Source: an uncultured Bacteroidales bacterium (lineage in GTDB: Bacteria > Bacteroidota > Bacteroidia > Bacteroidales > VadinHA17). Taken from it: DNA of 64,000 nt. Where the stretch lies: contig CAVVRY010000014.1 of the NCBI GenBank assembly GCA_963750735.1, positions 74,571 through 138,570 of the forward strand. The letters are read 5' to 3'. The position numbers were made by a program, and so were the translations under genes. Position 1 is the first letter of the stretch. Every line of letters starts with the position of its first letter. Positions 18,857 to 29,500 of the stretch are shown piece by piece. Below the pieces are notes generated by a model. It was not told the origin of the DNA. It ran no database searches and was given only the letters and a program-made list of their open reading frames with translations.

Positions 18857-21085
18857 ATGTCTATCCTTTCAGAATTCGATAAGAAATTAATAAAGAAGCA
18901 GTTTAATGAGCTTTGTGACAATTGTCCCAGAGTTACCAGTAAATCTGACAAGGAATTGATTCGGAAAGCCTTCAAGTTTGCCAATGAGGCACATAAAAAC
19001 ATGAAGAGAAAATCAGGGGAACCTTATATCTTTCATCCGATTGCAGTCGCCAGGATTGTATCTGAAGAAATGGGTCTTGGTACCATTTCAATTTGTTCAG
19101 CATTGTTGCATGACGTGGTTGAGGACACTGAGTATACTCTCAAAGACATTGAAAATCAGTTTGGGAAGAAAATTGCAGCTATAATTGATGGTTTAACTAA
19201 GATAGCCGGAGTTTTTGACACAGATTCTTCTCTGCAAGCTGAAAATTTCCGCAAAATGCTTCTCACCCTATCTGATGATGTAAGGGTTATCCTGATAAAG
19301 CTGGCAGATCGTCTTCACAATATGAGAACGCTGGCTCCTATGCCCCCCAACAAACGCGTTAAGATATCTGGTGAAACAACTTATTTATATGCTCCTCTTG
19401 CTCATCGACTTGGTCTATATGCAATTAAAACAGAACTTGAAGACCTCAGTCTCAAATACAGGTATCCGAAAATTTACAAGGAGATTGAGAAAAAAATTGA
19501 GTTGAATGAGAAAAAAAGAATAACAGAAATAAGTAAATTTTCCCTTCCGATAATCCACAGATTAGATCAGAGTAATTTAATATACGAAATAAATGGAAGG
19601 CCAAAATCAATATACTCCATATGGAACAAGATGCAAACAAAAAAAGTATCTTTTGAGGAAGTATATGACCTTCTGGCTATTCGAATAGTATTCGAGCCCC
19701 TAAAAAATTATCCTGAAAAAACTCAATGCTGGAATATATATTCTATTATAACCGATATTTATGTCCCAAAGCCTGATCGATTACGTGATTGGGTAAGCAA
19801 ACCAAAAGCCAATGGTTACGAAGCCCTGCATGCAACTGTAATGGGTCCACAGGGAAAGTGGGCTGAAGTCCAGATCCGATCATCACGAATGAATGAAATT
19901 GCAGAGCGAGGATATGCAGCCCATTGGAAGTATAAGGGAGAACATACACAGGAAACAGAGCTGGACCTATGGATAAAAAAAATCAGAGAGTTATTGGAAG
20001 ACTCCAACTCCAATGCTCTTGAATTCATTGATGAGTTTAAACTCAACCTTTTCTCTTCAGAGATAATGGTATTTACGCCAAAAGGTCATATGAAAGCATT
20101 GCCTAAAAATGCTACCGCACTGGATTTTGCATACGAAATTCACTCAGAAATTGGCAACACAGCCATTGGTGCCAAAGTAAATCATAAATTAATGCCACTT
20201 AATACGCAATTAAAAAGTGGAGACCAGGTAGAAATTATTTCTTCAGACACCCAGAAGCCCCAGATGGAATGGATGGATTTTGTTATAACAGCTAAGGCAA
20301 AATCGAGAATTACCAAAACGCTAAAAGCAGAAATAAAGAATCGAATTCAGGTTGGAAAAAAAATACTGGAAAAAGAATTAAAAAATCTCAATGTTCATCC
20401 ATCATCAAGGGTTTTTAAGAAACTTCTCCCTGCATATGAAGTACTGAACAAGGATGAACTTTACAGTAAAATCGGAAGCTCAATTATTTCATTGGATGAT
20501 CTTAAGAAGGTATTAAAAAAGAAAACAAAGAATAAATGGATCCAATATTGGATTCCCCAATTTGGGAAGCAAAAAGAGGAGAAGAAAGATAATGAAAACC
20601 CGAAAAAATTTGATTATAAAAGTCCGTTTGTTATTAGAGAATACACCAATGATAACGATTTTACCTACAAGCTTGCCGAATGTTGCAACCCAATTCCCGG
20701 GGATGATGCCATTGGTTACAGAGATGATAGTGAAATCTTATTGATTCATAAATCTAAGTGTCCCCAGGCAGTAAAGCTTTTGTCCAGTCAGGGTAATAAG
20801 GTCGTTTCCGCCAAATGGACAACACACAAAATCCTTTCATATCTTGCCAAAATCAGTGTAGTCGGAATTGATAAAATTGGCATGATAAATGATATTACCA
20901 GTATAATTTCCAAAGAGTTAAGCGTGAATATCCGGACTGTAAACTTTGATGTTCACGATGGTATCTTCGAAGGTTTGATAGACTTGTACGTACATAATAC
21001 AGCTGACCTCAACAATTTAATCATGAACCTCAGCAAGATAAAAGGTATCGATAAAGTAAAACGGGAAGAAATTATTGGCACCTGA
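18857..21085 (+). CDS. spoT: Bifunctional (p)ppGpp synthetase/hydrolase, RelA/SpoT homolog
   Basis: 742 aa with an HD hydrolase domain (HPIAVA...LLHDVVEDT) and a RelA_SpoT synthetase domain (YSIWNKM...DLLAIRIV). TGS and ACT-like domains lie at the C-terminus. Confidence 0.93.
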   Translation: MSILSEFDKKLIKKQFNELCDNCPRVTSKSDKELIRKAFKFANEAHKNMKRKSGEPYIFHPIAVARIVSEEMGLGTISICSALLHDVVEDTEYTLKDIENQFGKKIAAIIDGLTKIAGVFDTDSSLQAENFRKMLLTLSDDVRVILIKLADRLHNMRTLAPMPPNKRVKISGETTYLYAPLAHRLGLYAIKTELEDLSLKYRYPKIYKEIEKKIELNEKKRITEISKFSLPIIHRLDQSNLIYEINGRPKSIYSIWNKMQTKKVSFEEVYDLLAIRIVFEPLKNYPEKTQCWNIYSIITDIYVPKPDRLRDWVSKPKANGYEALHATVMGPQGKWAEVQIRSSRMNEIAERGYAAHWKYKGEHTQETELDLWIKKIRELLEDSNSNALEFIDEFKLNLFSSEIMVFTPKGHMKALPKNATALDFAYEIHSEIGNTAIGAKVNHKLMPLNTQLKSGDQVEIISSDTQKPQMEWMDFVITAKAKSRITKTLKAEIKNRIQVGKKILEKELKNLNVHPSSRVFKKLLPAYEVLNKDELYSKIGSSIISLDDLKKVLKKKTKNKWIQYWIPQFGKQKEEKKDNENPKKFDYKSPFVIREYTNDNDFTYKLAECCNPIPGDDAIGYRDDSEILLIHKSKCPQAVKLLSSQGNKVVSAKWTTHKILSYLAKISVVGIDKIGMINDITSIISKELSVNIRTVNFDVHDGIFEGLIDLYVHNTADLNNLIMNLSKIKGIDKVKREEIIGT

Positions 21086-21198
21086 TTTAAATTAATTCTA
21101 AACAAGCCCTTATTTTTAAATAAATTAATTAAATTTAACCCGGTTAATTTGAGTTTAACCAGGTATTGATAGAAATGTTTAATTAATGTGAATTGTAT

Positions 21199-21657
21199 AT
21201 GATAAGTGAAGATACTAAACAGACTGTAAAACAGATTTTCACTGAATATCTTGAGAAAAAAGGTCACAGGAAAACACCTGAAAGGTATGCAATACTGGAT
21301 GAAATTTATTCCAGAGACGGGCATTTTGACATTGAATCGCTCTATATTTTTATGAAAAATAAAAATTACAGGGTAAGCCGTGCAACTTTATATAACACTA
21401 TTGAATTGCTCCTTGACTGCAATCTGGTGATAAAGCATCAATTTGGAAAAAATATTGCCCAGTTTGAAAGAGCCTATCAATGCAGCCAGCATGATCACCT
21501 TATTGATATGGAATCAGGAAAAGTAGTAGAATTTTGCGATCCCAGGATTCATGAAATTATTAAAACTGCATGTGAATTAAATAATTTCAAACCTTTATAT
21601 CATTCTCTTTATATTTATGGTGTTGGCGAATCAAATTCAAAAGAGAAAAATAAATAA
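21199..21657 (+). CDS. fur: Fur-family transcriptional repressor
   Basis: ~152 aa. It has an N-terminal winged helix ([15 protein letters not shown]...[14 protein letters not shown]) and a C-terminal His/Cys-containing dimerisation domain. It sits between relA and purA. ATG 21199 is preferred to TTG 21193. Confidence 0.8.
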   Translation: MISEDTKQTVKQIFTEYLEKKGHRKTPERYAILDEIYSRDGHFDIESLYIFMKNKNYRVSRATLYNTIELLLDCNLVIKHQFGKNIAQFERAYQCSQHDHLIDMESGKVVEFCDPRIHEIIKTACELNNFKPLYHSLYIYGVGESNSKEKNK

Positions 21658-21696
21658 GGATCCTATATAAATTTGTAAAAAATTATATCCCATTCT

Positions 21697-21722
21697 CCTC
21701 CCATATTGGGAGGTTTTTTTTT
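21697..21722 (+). terminator. Rho-independent terminator after fur
   Basis: The stem cctccc/gggagg (21697-21713) is followed by a T9 run. Confidence 0.6.
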
Positions 21723-21808
21723 GTAAATTGGTTAAAATGCCATCACCAATTTACTGAAAAGATTTGTAACTTGCAGCCGTTTTTTGTTAAATGAAATTTT
21801 GGTATTAA

Positions 21809-23083
21809 ATGAAAATGGATGTTCTCTTAGGCCTACAATGGGGCGATGAAGGAAAAGGAAAAGTAGTTGATGTTTTAACGCCTGATTACGATATAATTGC
21901 ACGATTTCAGGGGGGACCCAATGCTGGCCATTCTCTCGAGTTTGAAAATACAAAACATGTTTTGCATACCATTCCATCCGGTATTTTTCATACTGACAAG
22001 GTGAACATTATAGGAAATGGGGTAGTTATTGACCCCATCATTTTTAAGGAAGAAATTGCTGAATTGATGAATGGTGGTATTGAAATGCCAAAAAATTTAT
22101 TGATCTCACGAAAAGCTCATCTAATTCTTCCTACACATAGACTTCTTGATGCTGCATCTGAAGCTTCAAAAGGAATAACCAAGATAGGTTCAACACTTAA
22201 AGGGATTGGGCCAACATATATGGATAAAACTGGTCGAAATGGCCTTCGCGTGGGTGATATAACAAAACAGAATTTCAAAGAAAAATATAACTTTTTGAAG
22301 AATAAGCACTTTTCACTTCTATCTCAATTTGAATTTCCCTTTGAGGAAGAACTTGAGAAGACTGAATTACTTTGGCTTGAAAGCATTGAGTACCTGAAAC
22401 AATTTGAACAGATTGATTCAGAATACCAGGTAAATAATTACATTGCTGAGAACAAATCTATCTTAGCTGAAGGAGCTCAGGGAACTTTACTAGATATTGA
22501 TTTTGGTTCATACCCTTATGTTACTTCATCGAATACGGTCTGTGCCGGCGCTTGTATTGGTCTTGGAGTAGCGCCAGGAAGAATTGGCGAAGTAATTGGC
22601 ATTTTCAAAGCTTATTGTACAAGGGTGGGAAGTGGCCCTTTTCCTACTGAACTTGAAGATAATACAGGCGAACAACTCAGAACCAATGGCAGGGAGTTTG
22701 GCGCAACCACAGGTCGGCCAAGAAGATGCGGCTGGTTAGACCTGGTGGCTTTAAAGTATGCTGTAATGCTTAATGGAGTTACACGATTAATAATGACCAA
22801 AGCCGATGTTTTGTCTGGCTTCAACACAATTAAAATTTGCACCTCATACAAGACCAAAACGAATGAAACAAATACCTTTCCGTTCGAAATTGATCCTGAT
22901 CTTGAACCTGTTTATTCTGAGTTCCCAGGATGGAAGGAAGACATTTCCGGAATAACCAGTTTTGAGAACTTGCCTGTTGAGTTAAGAAATTACATCGATT
23001 ATATTGAACAAGAAGTAAAAGTACCAATAGTAATAATCTCAGTAGGGCCAGACCGGAAAAATACCATCTTCAAAAAAAGCTGA
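21809..23083 (+). CDS. purA: Adenylosuccinate synthase
   Basis: 424 aa. Contains the P-loop-like motif QWGDEGKGK, plus GIGPTYMDK and TTGRPRRCGW. Confidence 0.97.
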   Translation: MKMDVLLGLQWGDEGKGKVVDVLTPDYDIIARFQGGPNAGHSLEFENTKHVLHTIPSGIFHTDKVNIIGNGVVIDPIIFKEEIAELMNGGIEMPKNLLISRKAHLILPTHRLLDAASEASKGITKIGSTLKGIGPTYMDKTGRNGLRVGDITKQNFKEKYNFLKNKHFSLLSQFEFPFEEELEKTELLWLESIEYLKQFEQIDSEYQVNNYIAENKSILAEGAQGTLLDIDFGSYPYVTSSNTVCAGACIGLGVAPGRIGEVIGIFKAYCTRVGSGPFPTELEDNTGEQLRTNGREFGATTGRPRRCGWLDLVALKYAVMLNGVTRLIMTKADVLSGFNTIKICTSYKTKTNETNTFPFEIDPDLEPVYSEFPGWKEDISGITSFENLPVELRNYIDYIEQEVKVPIVIISVGPDRKNTIFKKS

Positions 23084-23227
23084 CTCTTATTTTCTACAAA
23101 AAAATCCTTTCTTACTGGCAAAAGTAGCTTTACTCTCATTTCATTTTCAATTGGATTTTTGAAATAATTATTGTAACTTATGGGTAACTAATTATGATGT
23201 AATAAATCAAATTAAATTGCCAGTAAA

Positions 23228-23905
23228 ATGATAATTCATCCAGCCAAATATGCTCGTGAAAGAGAAAAGGAACGTGAAAAATCAAAGGGATCTAAAGGAG
23301 TTATTGTAACAATCTCCAGAGAATTTGGTTGCCCGGCTAAAATCATAACCAAAGATCTGATTTCCCTAATAAATAAATCCTCGGAACAGAAGTGGACAAG
23401 TGTAAGCAAGGAGATACTTGCTGAATCAGCTAAGACTTTGGGTATACCTCCAAGTGAAATTAAATACTTTTTTGAATATCATGAACAGGGTGTGTTTGAT
23501 GGTATTCTGAATACAATTGCAAAGTTTTATATAAGTGACCGGAAGATATATTCTGCAGTGGAAAAAGCAATCAGTTCAATCGGGAATAATGGTAATGTGG
23601 TGATTGTTGGTCGTGGTGGTGCAGCCATCTGCAAAGATTTTAATAAAGCATTGCATGTAAGACTTATGGCGCCTTTGGATTGGAGAATTGAAAAGGTAAT
23701 GGAATATTACAAAATTGGCAGAAAGCAAGCAGTTGATTTTGTGCAGGATTACGATTCAAAAAGGCAAAAATTCATTAGCCATTTCTCAAAAGAAGGATTG
23801 ACTAATTCATTGTTTGATGTAATATACAACTGTAAATCATTTTCAAAAAAAGAAATTGTTCAATCCATTTTTAAACAAATGAAAACTAAAAAGCTGATAA
23901 AATAA
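23228..23905 (+). CDS. Cytidylate-kinase-like family protein (AAA/NMP-kinase fold, function unknown)
   Basis: 225 aa. The ITISREFGCPAKII start and the VIVGRGG segment are typical of the cytidylate kinase-like family common in Bacteroidota. Confidence 0.6.
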   Translation: MIIHPAKYAREREKEREKSKGSKGVIVTISREFGCPAKIITKDLISLINKSSEQKWTSVSKEILAESAKTLGIPPSEIKYFFEYHEQGVFDGILNTIAKFYISDRKIYSAVEKAISSIGNNGNVVIVGRGGAAICKDFNKALHVRLMAPLDWRIEKVMEYYKIGRKQAVDFVQDYDSKRQKFISHFSKEGLTNSLFDVIYNCKSFSKKEIVQSIFKQMKTKKLIK

Positions 23906-23945
23906 TCAGCTTTTGGTTCATGCAGATTTCAAAATAACTTATTGA

Positions 23946-24404
23946 TTAATTCAAAGGATAAATATAAAGCCAGGCTTCAAAATCAACTGTATCTTTAAAT
24001 CTTTCTAACAAAAGGACAGCCTCAGATAGATTTTCAAGGTCCATAGCCGATACCAGATCGAAGCCATTATCAGCAGTGTATATCTTTGCATCATAACCCT
24101 GTGAAATATAGTATTCAGTATGAGCCCTGGCATATTCAGGAGTTATGAAACTACCAACTATAATGTGGTATTTTGTACTTCCCTCCATGATCTCAAAGTC
24201 AGCAGTTGCCCTTGCTATTGAGTCCAATCTTGCCTGTTCAAGCGCTAATTCAAGTTCAATTGCTTGCACCGTTTTAATTGAGTCTGCAATGCGGGTACTA
24301 TCTCTCATTCGTTGGTATGCCTCCTGTTCGGAATTTTGCTTTCCTTTGTTACAGGCCGGAAATAAGAATATCACAATTGAGAATAACAAAACAACTTTTT
24401 TCAT
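23946..24404 (-). CDS. Lipoprotein with probable C-terminal SPOR-like domain
   Basis: 152 aa with a lipobox (LFSIVIFLFPAC). The C-terminal ~75 aa (YHIIVGSFITPEYARAHTEYYISQGYDAKIY...) resemble a SPOR fold. The assignment is tentative. Confidence 0.45.
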   Translation of the reverse strand: MKKVVLLFSIVIFLFPACNKGKQNSEQEAYQRMRDSTRIADSIKTVQAIELELALEQARLDSIARATADFEIMEGSTKYHIIVGSFITPEYARAHTEYYISQGYDAKIYTADNGFDLVSAMDLENLSEAVLLLERFKDTVDFEAWLYIYPLN

Positions 24405-24556
24405 GTCTCTATATATTTGATTAGTACAAATTTACAAAAATCATTTGAGGATTCAATACATCCTGTCTTTAATTTAATAAACCTGTCTGGATTAAGAGGA
24501 AAATACAACAGAAAAAAATTTATATCTTGCGGCACAAATCCCAAAATCCCAATTTA

Positions 24557-26461
24557 ATGAGAACAATTATAAATTTTTTTGAAGAAAGTGTTAAAAAGTT
24601 TGGTGATAATATTTATATGTGGGAAAAATCTGATGGACAGTACAAAGGAGCCACCTATAAAGAAATTCATAAAAAAGTCCAACTTTTTGGGGCAGGACTA
24701 ATGAGTCTGGGAATAAAAAAGGGCGAAAGAATTGGGTTGGCTGCTGACGGAAGAAACTCCTGGATTATTTGTGAATTAGGCATTCTATATGCTGGTGCAG
24801 CCGATGTTCCAATGTCAATTCGACTTTCATCAGATGAAATTAAATTCAGGCTGGAACACTCTGGGGCTACTATGGTAATAGTTTCAAAACAACAAGTGCC
24901 AAAAGTAAAAGGGATGATCGATTCAGTGAAAAACCTGAACAAGATTATATACCTTGATCCATATGAGAAATCGGATAATACTCAAATTCATTATGATGAT
25001 ATTCTTGCGCTAGGCAAAGAGTATCTTAAAACCAATAAGGCCAAATTCGAAGAAAGATGGCAATCTGTTCAGGAAGACGACATGGCTAACGTTACCTACA
25101 CGTCTGGTACTACTGCCGATCCAAAAGGGATAGTCCTGTCTCATTTAAATTACGTTACAAATGCTAAACAGATTTACACATTAATTGAAATCCCGGAACA
25201 TTTCAGAATTCTCTTAATGCTTCCATGGGATCATGCATTTGCCCACACATGTGGTCTATATGGCTTTATGGGCAAAGGAGCAAGTATAGCTTCAGTTGAA
25301 ATAGGCTCCACGCCATTGGAAACATTGAAAAATATCCCCAGGAACATTAAAGAAATTAAGCCTCATATGCTCATGAGTGTCCCTGCATATGCAAAAAATT
25401 TTAGAAAAAATATAGAAAAAGGTATTCAGGAAAAGGGGCCTTTTATCGAAAAATTGTTTAATCATGCCCTAAAACTTTCCTACTCATACAACCGTGATGG
25501 TTTTAATAAAGCCAAAGGTTTTGGCAAATTAAAACTACCCTTGCTAAAACTTTATGACAAGATTATTTTCCAAAAAATCAGAGAGGGATTTGGAGGAGAT
25601 CTGGAATATTTTATTGGAGGGGGTGCATTACTGGATATAGAACTTCAGCGGTTCTTTTACGCACTCGGAATCCCCATGTATCAAGGGTATGGCTTAACAG
25701 AAGCCGCACCGGCCATATCTTCAAATACTGCTACACGTCATAAGCTTGGTAGTTCCGGGTACCTCGTTAAATATCTCGACTTAAAAATTTGTGATGAAGA
25801 TGGTAAAGAACTTGCTTTGGGCGAAAAAGGTGAAATAGTCGTCAGAGGAGAAAATGTAATGTTGGGATATTGGGATAATGAGACTGCTACAAAAGAAACC
25901 ATAAAAGATGGCTGGCTGCATACAGGTGATATGGGATATATGGACGAGGATGGATTTCTATATGTACTTGGAAGGTTTAAAAGTCTGTTGATTTCTGATG
26001 ATGGGGAAAAATATAGCCCAGAAGGAATTGAGGAAGCTTTAACCGATCAATCTAAGTATATAGATCAATGTACACTTTTCAATAATCAAATGCCATATAC
26101 TGTAGCTTTGGTTTACCCCAATAAAGATGCAATAAAACGTTGGCTTGATGAAAACAACCTTAACCCAGATTCCGATGAAGGAATTGAGGCTGTTGCCAAT
26201 CTGATAAGGTCAGAAATCAACAAGTACAGAAAAGGAAATGAGTTCGAGGATATGTTTCCACAACGTTGGTTGCCCGCAGCAATTGGGATACTTTCAGAGG
26301 GATATACAGCTGAAAATCATTTGTTAAATTCGGTTATGAAAATGGTCCGTGGCAAAATTGAAGAAAAATATGGTGATCTAATTAATTTCTTATATACTCC
26401 ACCTGCAAAAGAGGTGACTAATAATCAAAATCTTGAAGCAATAAGAAAGCTGTTTCAATAA
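24557..26461 (+). CDS. Long-chain fatty-acid--CoA ligase (AMP-dependent synthetase/ligase family)
   Basis: Contains the AMP-binding motif YTSGTTADPKGIVLSH, plus GYGLTEAAP and WLHTGDMGYMDEDGFLYVLGRFK. The ATG at 24557 is preferred to the TTG at 24527. Confidence 0.88.
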   Translation: MRTIINFFEESVKKFGDNIYMWEKSDGQYKGATYKEIHKKVQLFGAGLMSLGIKKGERIGLAADGRNSWIICELGILYAGAADVPMSIRLSSDEIKFRLEHSGATMVIVSKQQVPKVKGMIDSVKNLNKIIYLDPYEKSDNTQIHYDDILALGKEYLKTNKAKFEERWQSVQEDDMANVTYTSGTTADPKGIVLSHLNYVTNAKQIYTLIEIPEHFRILLMLPWDHAFAHTCGLYGFMGKGASIASVEIGSTPLETLKNIPRNIKEIKPHMLMSVPAYAKNFRKNIEKGIQEKGPFIEKLFNHALKLSYSYNRDGFNKAKGFGKLKLPLLKLYDKIIFQKIREGFGGDLEYFIGGGALLDIELQRFFYALGIPMYQGYGLTEAAPAISSNTATRHKLGSSGYLVKYLDLKICDEDGKELALGEKGEIVVRGENVMLGYWDNETATKETIKDGWLHTGDMGYMDEDGFLYVLGRFKSLLISDDGEKYSPEGIEEALTDQSKYIDQCTLFNNQMPYTVALVYPNKDAIKRWLDENNLNPDSDEGIEAVANLIRSEINKYRKGNEFEDMFPQRWLPAAIGILSEGYTAENHLLNSVMKMVRGKIEEKYGDLINFLYTPPAKEVTNNQNLEAIRKLFQ

Positions 26462-26568
26462 TTGTAGAATCCTGCAGTATTAGATCAGAATCCCTGATCG
26501 AAACAAAATAGCAGAAAATTCGTTACTAGTATTGTCTGCTCCTTACTCTATTTCCTGATTCTTTTTAT

Positions 26569-29500
26569 ATGAAGGATAGGTTTTTTTATATTTTCAAAAT
26601 CCGGAGGATATCTTCATTTGTCTTCCTGGCATTCCTATGTAATATTAGCATACAGATATTTGCCCAGGAAGGTATACCATTTATGACCAATTTCAATATT
26701 CCTAGCGAGTTTAGCTCGCAGAATTGGGGTATGGTACAAGAGGAAAACGGGGCATTGTTATTTGCAAACAGAAGAGGAATTATAAGTTTTAATGGTGTCG
26801 ACAGCGAAGGATGGAAATACCTGGAACCAGACATAATTCCTTATTCTATTGCCAAAGACCCATTTACAGGGAAAATTTATGTGGGCAGCAATAGTGATTT
26901 TGGATTTATTGAGAGAAATAAGTTCGGAGACTTTGAATATTCCTCCCTGGCTGAAAAGGATATGCATTATGGTGAAATAACTGACATAGCCTTCACCGAA
27001 GAAGCTATCTACTTCTATAGTGCCTCCTGTATTGCAAAACTCGAAAAAAATTCTCCTGGCAGTGCAGTTTGCCTTGAGAGTAAACAAGGGGAAGTATTTG
27101 CTGGCTTTTTTGTTCATAAATCAAAATTGTATGTAAATATTAAACAAAAGGGCATATATCTTGAGAAAAACAACTCACTGCTTCCAATATCAGAAGGAAG
27201 TTTACTTGATAATGTCTCCATTTCTTTTTTCCTACCTTTTAATGATAATGAAACACTTGTTGCCACCAGCAACAGTTTCCTGTACCTCTTCAATGGTCAT
27301 GAATTTAAAGATTATGTAATTAAGGATGAAGACTATATATTCAATGCAGTAGTTTCAGATGGAATTAGAATTTCTGATAATCGAATAGCCCTTGCTACTC
27401 TTACAGGCGGCTGTTTAATAATTGATACAAAATCAAATGAAACAAATTTTATCCTTAATTATCAATCAGGTTTACCAGATGATGAAATATATGCAATTGC
27501 AAGCGATAAGGGAAATGGACTTTGGTTAACACATGAGTTTGGTGCCACAAGAATTGATCTTAATCTTCCGGTAAGACAGTACAATTCTTTCCCTGGACTC
27601 GAAGGCAACCTTTCAGAGGTAATCCAATTCAAGGGAAAAATATATGTTTCTACTAGTGAAGGTGTATTTTACCTTGAAAAAGTAAGAAACTACAGCCAGA
27701 CAATGATTACTGTTGAAAAAAGCCAGATTAAAACCCAGGATCAAATAAAAATTGAATCAAATAACGATGCAGAGACTGGCCTTGTTAAAAATGGGCATAC
27801 CAAACAAGTAAATGGTTCAGCCAACAATAAGGAAAAAAAGGGATTTTTTGCCAGACTCTTCAACAAAAAAGACAATTCTAAGGAAGAAGACAAGAGTAAG
27901 GCGAATGAAAAACCAGAAATTATTGAGCCTAATTTAATTTATTCACCAACACCTTCAAGGCAAAAATATACCAGAAAAAGTATAAGGAGATTGGAATCAA
28001 TTTCTTACAAATTTTCAAAGGTTGCCAATCTAAATGCAAAATGTAAACAACTTATATCCTTTAAAGGTCGCCTACTGGTTGCTTCAAATATCGGACTTTT
28101 CCAGATCGTAAATTACAAAAGTGAATTTATAATTGGAAATGCTTACATAAATTCAATATATCCTTCCATTTCATATCCTGATCGACTTTATGTTGGAACC
28201 CACACCGGGCTGAAAACTGTTGATTTTATTGACGAATCTGTTATAGTTAACCACAATTACCTCCCTCTTGAGTCACCAGTATATTCAATACTTGAGAACA
28301 ACAACAGTTTATGGCTTGGATCTGATACAAAGGCAATATTAACCATACCTGCAAAAGTTAAGCCTGCAGTTCAAAAGGAATATGAAATTTCTTCTCTCTA
28401 TTCCGAAAATGTATTTGTAAAAGACATTGCTGGAGAATCAACTTTTTTTACATCTTCCGGTATCTTCAGATTTAATGATGAAGAGGACAAAATAGAAAGA
28501 ATGAATTCTCCACTTTTCAATAACATGGAGTTTATTCGTTACATTTTTCCCAGGGATGGAAGTATCTGGGTAAACGACCGAGGCACATGGATTACCTTAA
28601 ATCAAAAAGACGAGATTGAATCTAGGCAGGTTACTTATTTAAGGTTGTTTGAGAATATAAGATACTTGAAGTCTGATGAGAATAAAAATCTCTGGGTAAT
28701 TGATGGACTTAACCACATAAGCCAAATATTATATACTGACAGTCTTCCTCAAAAAGAAAGTGCAAATGTTTATATTGAAAATATTATAAACAAAAATGGA
28801 GAGAGGCTATCATTGAATAATCTCAACCTTGAAAAGGAGGAGCTTCCATTAAGGGTATCCATTCTCACACCGTTTTATCTAAGACCTGAGCTAGTTGATC
28901 ATCAGTATTATATCGAAAATTTTGATCAGGATTGGAGATCATGGACAGATGACAGATATATAGAGATCCCTTATCTTCCTCCAGGTGATTATAAACTTCA
29001 CATACGTGCAAGAAATGTTCTTGGTAAAATAAGTTCAGCTGTAGTGACTGATTTTTATATTAAAGAACCAAAGCCTGCTTTTACTGATTCTATTTGGTTT
29101 TACATTCTTATTGCTTTTGGTATTCTAGGTTTTCTTTACTTAATTGTCATTCTCAGAGAGAGAAAACTTCTAAGTGACAAAAAAATCCTGGAATCAAAAG
29201 TGTTGGAAAGAACTGAAGAAATTGCCCGACAAAAAGGGGAAATAGAAAAACAGAAGGATGAAATTAGTCATCAAAAACAGGAGATGACTGATAGTATTGC
29301 CTATGGCAAAAGAATTCAGTCAGCTATTTTACCTCCTAAGGATACCTTGAGAGAAATTATGCCTGAATTCTTCATTTATTATAAGCCCAGGGATATTGTA
29401 AGTGGAGATTTTTACTGGGTAAGTGAAAAAGACAATAAAGTTATCATTGCTGTGGCAGATTGCACCGGACATGGAGTACCAGGTGCATTTATGAGTATTC

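Noticed and set aside
20953-21324. 123-aa minus-strand ORF spanning the relA 3' end and the fur 5' end
   Set aside because: It overlaps two well-supported plus-strand genes and their intergenic promoter region. Its composition is Phe/Ile/Leu-rich and AT-driven, with no motifs.
26586-27117. Minus-strand ORFs 26586-26834 and 26758-27117 inside the sensor-phosphatase gene
   Set aside because: They are antisense to a 1155-aa gene with clear domain signatures and have no features of their own. The same applies to 29584-29820.
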